Part shown: positions 58,020-64,000 of the stretch, piece by piece
How positions within the stretch are numbered: position 1 is the first letter of the stretch
Layout of the letters: each line of letters opens with the position of its first letter
Assembly: GCA_964549075.1 (NCBI GenBank)
Contig: CAZJUB010000003.1
Span: 1-64,000, forward strand
Source of the DNA: an uncultured archaeon
GTDB lineage: Archaea; Asgardarchaeota; Heimdallarchaeia; Heimdallarchaeales; Heimdallarchaeaceae
Length of the DNA stretch: 64,000 nucleotides
Reading direction: 5' to 3'
Translations under genes and position numbers: made by a program
The notes under the pieces: generated by a model
What the model saw: only the letters and a program-made list of their open reading frames with translations
Told to the model about the DNA's origin: nothing
The model's database searches: none

Positions 58020-58556
58020 GTGAGTTCAGTGTCTACGAAAAACTATCTTACCAACAAAATTGTTCTAATAGGAGATGCACGAGTTGGAAAGACTTCTCTA
58101 GTTAGAAGATTTGTTACAAATATGTTCGATCCTTCCTACAAGATTACTTTAGGTACAACAATAATGAAGAAAGAGTTAGAATATCTGACAAATAACGTAA
58201 TACTTGCCATATGGGATATAGGAGGGCAAGAAGTTTTTAGACAGATCAGAAGTAAATACTTCTTCGGAAGTAAAGGAGCGTTAGCTGTTTGTGATGCTTC
58301 TAACAAAGAAACCTATGATAATTTATCATCATGGGTAGAATCGTTCAGAAACGAAGTAGGAGATATGCCTATAATTTTTATAGCGAATAAATGTGATTTG
58401 AAAGATCAACAAGTAACAGAAGAAGATATGAGAAAACTGGTAAAAACCTATACAAAAACTGAATTCTTGTTCACATCTGCTAAAGATGGAACCAACGCAG
58501 AAAAAGCATTTGCAGACCTAACAAGACTGATGATAGAAGACGCTGATATAATTTAA
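58020..58556 (+). CDS. Rab-like small GTPase
   Basis: GDARVGKTS, YKITLG, WDIGGQ, NKCD and TSAK. Confidence 0.92.
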   Translation: MSSVSTKNYLTNKIVLIGDARVGKTSLVRRFVTNMFDPSYKITLGTTIMKKELEYLTNNVILAIWDIGGQEVFRQIRSKYFFGSKGALAVCDASNKETYDNLSSWVESFRNEVGDMPIIFIANKCDLKDQQVTEEDMRKLVKTYTKTEFLFTSAKDGTNAEKAFADLTRLMIEDADII

Positions 58557-58591
58557 TTCATAATTTAAGTTAGTCATCTGAATAATCTCTT

Positions 58592-59077
58592 TTATTCATT
58601 TTTCTTTTGTTCAATTTGTTTTCGTAAGAGATACAAGGAAAGAGTTATTTCTCCTAAACAACCTATCTCATTCAATTTATCAAAATAAACTGCTCTTCCT
58701 TTCTCTAACTCTTGTTTGGTGAGTCCTGGTTCTGAACCTCCAAAAATTAAAAGAATATTCTTACCAACTGCATAAGACTTAGTTATCTCTTTTTCATTGA
58801 AGACTTCTTTAGAGTAAGGTCTCTTAATAAAAAGATAGATTTCTTCAGGATTAACCAATTCAATAGCGTCATCAATCCCTTGAAGATAAAGAAGATTTGC
58901 GTTTTGTGAGTGAGCTAATTTCTGAGCTATTGGAACACCTGTAGTTGCTGCAGTTCCCGTAGCTTTAGATAGAATAATATCTCTTGCACCTAGATTCAAA
59001 GCTATTCTAACAAACTCTCTACAATGGTTAATGCTACTGAAATTATGTAATTGGACAATGATTTTTCCTGAATTCAT
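58592..59077 (-). CDS. DUF2122-like (SPOUT-like, 'RecB-family nuclease') archaeal protein
   Basis: LHNFSS, KATGTAATTGVP.AQK, IDDAIEL and FGGSEPGLTKQEL. Confidence 0.6.
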   Translation of the reverse strand: MNSGKIIVQLHNFSSINHCREFVRIALNLGARDIILSKATGTAATTGVPIAQKLAHSQNANLLYLQGIDDAIELVNPEEIYLFIKRPYSKEVFNEKEITKSYAVGKNILLIFGGSEPGLTKQELEKGRAVYFDKLNEIGCLGEITLSLYLLRKQIEQKKNE

Positions 59078-59176
59078 TAAGTTACTTTAAAATGAGCTAT
59101 TCAAAAATATAACTGTCAAAACTTGAACCAAGTAAAAATATTTTTAAAACACACTAACAACAAGAAAGTAAGTTAA

Positions 59177-59250
59177 GCCCCGATAGTTTAGCCGCAGAAT
59201 TGCGGATTGTGGCTCCGTAGACGCAGGTTCAAATCTTGCTCGGGGCACCA
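59177..59250 (+). tRNA. tRNA-His (GUG), CCA encoded, no intron
   Basis: Acceptor stem GCCCCGA/TCGGGGC; anticodon arm GCGGA-TTGTGGC-TCCGT; T arm GCAGG-TTCAAAT-CTTGC; ends ACCA. Confidence 0.92.
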
Positions 59251-59342
59251 CATTTTCTATCTTTAAAGTTTCATTATTGAGTTAAAATTTATATCCAAGG
59301 TACTTTAAAATATTAAACAAGAGAACATTTGAGTGAGAGATT

Positions 59343-59915
59343 ATGGCAATTCTTTATAATTTATGGCCTTATTATTTAGCTAGTTATATTATAGCTTATA
59401 GTACACAAGTGTGGGCAAATCACAAACGTGGTGAACCTTTTGATGATCCTGAGTTTTTGTTTGCTGATAAGAAAATTGTTGTTATTGCTTTAATATGGCT
59501 TTTTGGAGGATTAGCTATTACTTTTTTCGTTCCAGTTAGTTATGGATTGTTATATTATATCGGTTTACCTATCTTCATTGTAGGTTTGTCGCTTGGGGAG
59601 ATTGCTTTATTTTCTTTTGCAAAGAATAAAGGTTTAACCACTTCAAGAATTCACCACTTTTCGAGGAATCCAATCTACGTAGGAACAACAATTATGTACT
59701 TAGGTTTAGTTTTAATGGGTTGGTCTGTTCCTGTTTCTGTTGGAAGTATCCTTTTTCTGATTTACTTCATATTGACGATTCCCTATTTTCATTGGACTGT
59801 CCTTCTTGAAGAAGCTTTTCTGACTAAGAAATATGGTGATACCTATATACAATATCTAGAATCCACACCAAGATACATAGGAATACCTAAAAAAATGGAC
59901 AATAAAGATAATTAG
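59343..59915 (+). CDS. ICMT/PEMT-family integral membrane methyltransferase
   Basis: SRNPIYVG and EEAFLTKKYGDTYIQY...PRY. Confidence 0.82.
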   Translation: MAILYNLWPYYLASYIIAYSTQVWANHKRGEPFDDPEFLFADKKIVVIALIWLFGGLAITFFVPVSYGLLYYIGLPIFIVGLSLGEIALFSFAKNKGLTTSRIHHFSRNPIYVGTTIMYLGLVLMGWSVPVSVGSILFLIYFILTIPYFHWTVLLEEAFLTKKYGDTYIQYLESTPRYIGIPKKMDNKDN

Positions 59916-59964
59916 CAAAGTTTAAAGCAGAGTGTCATTCCCTTTAAGTTACTGACGTGATAAA

Positions 59965-60423
59965 ATGCCTTGGGTAGAAGAAGTAATTTTAGGAGGAACT
60001 TTTGACCATTTACACCCAGGACATAAAGCATTACTTGAAGCAGCTAAAAGTTTTGGCTCTTATGTTAGAATTGGATTAACTACGGATGAATTTGCAAAGA
60101 GTCTTAGAAGAAGTGATCCCCACCTTGATTTAATGCAGCCATATGATGTCAGGAAAAATGATTTAGAGAAATATTTGAAGTCAAGAAATCTTAAAAAATT
60201 TGAAATCATTAAGATAGAAGATAGATATGGTTTCGCTTTAACTGCTAAGGATGCAGAAGGTATTGTTGTAACTGAAGAAACTTATCCAACTGCTGTAGAT
60301 ATAAATAAGCTTCGAACTCTCAGTAATTTAGATCAACTTCTGATTTTGGTTATTCCCTTTGTATACGATGAATCAGGAATAATCATAAGCTCGCGTAGAA
60401 TTAGACAACAACTCGCGGAATAA
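59965..60423 (+). CDS. coaD: Phosphopantetheine adenylyltransferase (archaeal/eukaryotic type)
   Basis: GGTFDHLHPGH, VVTEET, IN..R and ISSRRIR. Confidence 0.9.
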   Translation: MPWVEEVILGGTFDHLHPGHKALLEAAKSFGSYVRIGLTTDEFAKSLRRSDPHLDLMQPYDVRKNDLEKYLKSRNLKKFEIIKIEDRYGFALTAKDAEGIVVTEETYPTAVDINKLRTLSNLDQLLILVIPFVYDESGIIISSRRIRQQLAE

Positions 60424-60448
60424 ACAAAATATTAAAGCAAAATTGAAT

Positions 60449-60979
60449 TCAATCTCTTGCTTCAATGCTACTTAAGATTTGTTCTCCCATTGCAAGAAAT
60501 GCATCTGCAACATTATCCCCAGTTTTAGCTGATGTTTCAATGAACCCGATACATCCAGATTCTTCTGCAAATTTCTTTCCTTCTTCAGTTGAAACATCTC
60601 GAAGATCTCCTAAATCATTTTTATTTCCTACAAGCATTAACATTATACGAGGACTTTCTGTTTGAGCTTCTTTAATCCATGTTTGAAGATTTTCAAATGA
60701 TTGTCTTCTTGTGATATCATAGGTAACTAGTGCTCCCAGACTACCCTTGAAAAAGATTTGACGCATTGAAGCAAAACGGTCTTGACCAGCAATATCCCAT
60801 AATTGCAAACATACTCTTGTGTCCTTTATCGTTTCAAAGCGCGAATACGGCTCCATACCAATAGTCATCAAATAACCTGCTTGGAATTTGTTGTGAATAA
60901 ATCTTTGGACTAAACTAGTTTTACCAACAGCCCCATCTCCAAGCAATAAAATTTTGAAAGTATACTTGTAGCTAGTCAT
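60449..60979 (-). CDS. Rab-like small GTPase
   Basis: YTFKILLLGDGAVGKTS, LQLWDIAGQDRF, VGNKND and ETSAKTG. Confidence 0.94.
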   Translation of the reverse strand: MTSYKYTFKILLLGDGAVGKTSLVQRFIHNKFQAGYLMTIGMEPYSRFETIKDTRVCLQLWDIAGQDRFASMRQIFFKGSLGALVTYDITRRQSFENLQTWIKEAQTESPRIMLMLVGNKNDLGDLRDVSTEEGKKFAEESGCIGFIETSAKTGDNVADAFLAMGEQILSSIEARD

Positions 60980-61191
60980 ATTGCTTTCTAACAAACCACA
61001 TAATTTTATTGCTTATAATTATTTTGATGTTTCCCGTCACATAAGAAGGTCAGATTTTGTTTAGAAAGTTGCTTTTGTCTTATATTTACAAGCTTTTGAA
61101 TTATTTTTCTCAGCAAACATGTGAAAATGAGCATTTTGTGCATAATAACGAAACCTTTTAACATTGTTGAATTTTTTTCTTTTTAGTTCAA

Positions 61192-63129
61192 ATGATTGAT
61201 CCAAATAATCTAGATTTTAAGAAATTAGGATTTCACGCAGGCTTAGAAGTTCATCATCAACTACGCTCAAATAGAAAATTATTTTGTAATTGTCCTCTAA
61301 TATTGGAGGAAGATCCTGAAAATATGGACTATAGTTTTTATAGATATTTTCGACCAGTATTAGGAGAAATGGGTGATTTTGATCCAGGGATGCTCGTTGA
61401 ATTTGAAAAAGGTTACAAAGTTATCTATCTTGCTAATGAACGAAATACTTGCACCTACGAGATGGATGAAACACCTCCATTCTTTCCAGATATGGAAGCA
61501 ATTGAAAAAGGAATATCTCTTTCAGCTTATTTCCATTGTTCCGCTTATGCAGAGGAAGTAGTTGTAAATAGAAAACAATATCTAGATGGGTCAATTACAA
61601 CTGGTTTCCAACGCACATTTATTTCTGCTCGCGATGGATGGGTTCCAGTTAAAGGTAAGAAAGTTCGAATTACTAATGTTCTTATTGAGGAAGATGCTGC
61701 AAGAAGGGTAAACTGGGATAATACTGCTAATAGAACTGTCTATTTTAATTTAGACAGATTAGGTATGCCATTAACTGAGGTAATTACTGAATATACTGAT
61801 GTAGATACACCAGAAGAATTGATCGAAACAGCCATGCAAATTGGGCGAGTACTTAGAATAAGTAAAATTGGACGACGAGGATTAGGTAGTGCAAGACAAG
61901 ATGTAAACATCAGCATTTCAGGTGGAGATAGAGCCGAAATCAAAGGTGTTCAAAATTTAGATCACTTTGATATTATGTGCCGACATGAAGTTGTACGTCA
62001 ACATGCTCTTATTGAGATAAAGAATGAAATGTTAGAGAGAGGAATTCAAAAAGAGGATTTTGAGCATACATATGTTGATATCAGTCATTTATTTGAGGAC
62101 GATATGAAATATTTTGCTACAGTTTTTCCTAAAATGAAAGATCTTTTTGGGAGAGAAGTTCAGCCTAACAAAGATTTTGGTGAAGAAATTTTCGAGAAAA
62201 GTATGCTTATAACAGGGATTTTAAGAGAGCATCATTTTCATAGTGATGAACTAGTAGACAATGCAGTTAGAAAACGATCTGCTCATCCTTGTACTCTACC
62301 GATTAATAACGCTGTTCTGGAAAAAATAAAATCTATTGTTAAATTAAGTCCTGAAGATAGTTTAATTGTTGTAGCAGGTTCAGAGAGAAATGCTATGCAC
62401 GCAATGAAGAAAATTGTGGAAAGAGTAAAGTTGGCTTTAAAAGGCGTTCCTCAAGAAACAAGACGTTATATGTATAATGGAAATACAGAATTTCTTAGAG
62501 TTATTCATGGAAAAGATAGAATTTATCCAGATACTGATACACCTCCTGTTGTTATTTCTTTAGAGAGAGTTCACGAAATAGCTAAGAAGATTGGTAAGCG
62601 TCCATGGGAAGTATTTGCTGATTTGAATGAAAGATTCCAATTTGATCAGCAACATGTAGATTTGCTAATCAGAGATGAAAAACTAAATATGTTCTATGAA
62701 ATTGTAGATAAGGTTAGCTTAGATGCAAATTTGACATATAAACTGTTAATTGATTTGCCAAGAGAGCTACGAAGGAAAGAGATAGAGATTAATAGTGAAA
62801 TAATAATTAAATTGGTTAAATTATTGGCTGATAACATTATTATTCCTGAACAATTAGAATTAGCATTACCTTTTGTTATTGAAAAACCTGATATTACTGA
62901 TGAAGAAATTAAGAGTAAACTTAATTTTAAGATTCTTAGTTCTGAAGAATTAGATAAAATTATAGCCAACCAACTAGAACTTTGTGGCAAAGATAAAATA
63001 ATTTCTGCTGAAAATAGAAGACGGTTAATTCCAAAAATTGTTTTTCAAATTTTAAAGAAATGTAATTTTTCTGTTCCAGGTGAAAGAATAGTGGAAAAAA
63101 TAAATCTAATGTTAAAGGAGGTAGACTGA
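61192..63129 (+). CDS. gatE: Glu-tRNA(Gln) amidotransferase subunit E
   Basis: GLEVHHQL..KLFC.CP, DGS..TGFQRT, RQDVNISI, GVPQETR and RIYPDTD.P. Confidence 0.93.
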   Translation: MIDPNNLDFKKLGFHAGLEVHHQLRSNRKLFCNCPLILEEDPENMDYSFYRYFRPVLGEMGDFDPGMLVEFEKGYKVIYLANERNTCTYEMDETPPFFPDMEAIEKGISLSAYFHCSAYAEEVVVNRKQYLDGSITTGFQRTFISARDGWVPVKGKKVRITNVLIEEDAARRVNWDNTANRTVYFNLDRLGMPLTEVITEYTDVDTPEELIETAMQIGRVLRISKIGRRGLGSARQDVNISISGGDRAEIKGVQNLDHFDIMCRHEVVRQHALIEIKNEMLERGIQKEDFEHTYVDISHLFEDDMKYFATVFPKMKDLFGREVQPNKDFGEEIFEKSMLITGILREHHFHSDELVDNAVRKRSAHPCTLPINNAVLEKIKSIVKLSPEDSLIVVAGSERNAMHAMKKIVERVKLALKGVPQETRRYMYNGNTEFLRVIHGKDRIYPDTDTPPVVISLERVHEIAKKIGKRPWEVFADLNERFQFDQQHVDLLIRDEKLNMFYEIVDKVSLDANLTYKLLIDLPRELRRKEIEINSEIIIKLVKLLADNIIIPEQLELALPFVIEKPDITDEEIKSKLNFKILSSEELDKIIANQLELCGKDKIISAENRRRLIPKIVFQILKKCNFSVPGERIVEKINLMLKEVD

Positions 63130-64000
63130 TGACTGATAACAATACCAGCACAGAACCAGAGGGATATAGAGGTATTCTTCGAGAAAGACTCATAAGAGAT
63201 AAAATCCGAACTTGGAGTAGAGTTGAAGTCAAGAAAGGGGATGCTCATTATGAAGGCTTACTCCTTCCACGTAGCCAACATACTAACGATTACTATATAA
63301 CTATCAAAGTTGATACTGGTTATAATTTGGGTATATTGGTTGATGATCAGACAACTGTCAAGGAAATTGGTTATCAAAAAGGTCATTATGAACTCCCACA
63401 TGTAGACGTACAATTCAAAAAAGAATTTCCCGATGTGACTCTTTTAGGTACTGGTGGTACTGTAGCTTCAAGACTTGATTATAGAACTGGTGCTGTACTC
63501 CCCGCTTTTACACCTGATGAATTATTTTCTGCTGTTCCTGAGTTGACTTCAACTGTTAATCTTACACCTAAAACTCTGTATCAAATACTTAGTGAAAATT
63601 TTAGACCCGAATATTGGGTAAAAACCGCGGAAGCAATAGCCAAAGAAATTGAATCTGGAACCGATGGAGTAGTAATAGGACATGGAACTGATACTATGTG
63701 TGTTACTGGATGTGCTTTATCTTATTTCCTCAGAAATCTCTCTATTCCCGTTGTTTTGGTTGGAAGTCAAAGAAGTTCTGACCGTCCTTCATCTGATGGG
63801 CCTAGAAATATTTTATATGCCTCAGAACTTGCAGGATACGAGAATTTTGCTGAAGTTACCATATGTATGCATGGAACACCAAGTGATAGTTACAATCTTA
63901 TTCATAGGTCTACCCGTTGTAGAAAAATGCATTCTGCTAGAAGAGATACATTTAGAACGATAAGTGATACTCCTTTAGGTAAAATTGATGATAGTGGAGT
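63129..64000 (+). CDS. gatD: Glu-tRNA(Gln) amidotransferase subunit D, runs off the right edge
   Basis: Not in the ORF track. ATG overlaps the gatE stop; IKVDTGYNLG, GTGGTVASRLDYRTGAV, HGTDTM, GSQRSSDRPSSD and RKMH..RRD.F. Confidence 0.95.
   Translation, partial: MTDNNTSTEPEGYRGILRERLIRDKIRTWSRVEVKKGDAHYEGLLLPRSQHTNDYYITIKVDTGYNLGILVDDQTTVKEIGYQKGHYELPHVDVQFKKEFPDVTLLGTGGTVASRLDYRTGAVLPAFTPDELFSAVPELTSTVNLTPKTLYQILSENFRPEYWVKTAEAIAKEIESGTDGVVIGHGTDTMCVTGCALSYFLRNLSIPVVLVGSQRSSDRPSSDGPRNILYASELAGYENFAEVTICMHGTPSDSYNLIHRSTRCRKMHSARRDTFRTISDTPLGKIDDSG

Noticed and set aside
59251-59342. Integrated element at tRNA-His
   Set aside because: No integrase and no duplicated tRNA 3' end were found; downstream genes are housekeeping.
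59343-59915. ICMT-like enzyme methylating the neighbouring Rab-like GTPases
   Set aside because: Neither GTPase has a C-terminal Cys or CaaX motif, and this family is widespread in prokaryotes with other substrates.
3575-63963. Numerous 60-120 aa ORFs antisense to or nested in long genes (e.g. 3575-3793, 20553-20909, 51019-51324, 63682-63963)
   Set aside because: Shadow ORFs with no motifs, overlapping well-supported genes; 63682-63963 is off-frame within gatD.

Overview
AT-rich, densely coding archaeal chromosome segment, most likely an Asgard archaeon (probably Heimdallarchaeia). Archaeal markers are Rpo6, eL42/L44e, GatDE, geranylgeranyl reductase and a class III-signal pilin. Eukaryotic-signature-type genes include two Rab-like, one Arf-like and one divergent small GTPase, a DENN-like protein and two longin-type fusions. 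Bases 1-11.1 kb are one minus-strand redox operon (kor, mvhD/flx, hdrACB, fumarate-reductase-like pair). Bases 23-35 kb hold two cellulose-synthase-like GT2 genes and a GT-C gene converging on two FtsX/MacB permeases, one of 1419 aa. Bases 49-57 kb encode a 1908-aa Lhr helicase with repeated AlkZ/HTH_42-like modules, followed by a partner gene built from the same modules. Not in the ORF track: a tRNA-His with a eukaryote-like A73 and no encoded G-1, two homologous TnpB 3'-end (omega-RNA-like) relics, and truncated genes at both window edges. An internally deleted IS607 tnpA abuts one relic. All calls come from reading motifs by eye; no searches were run.
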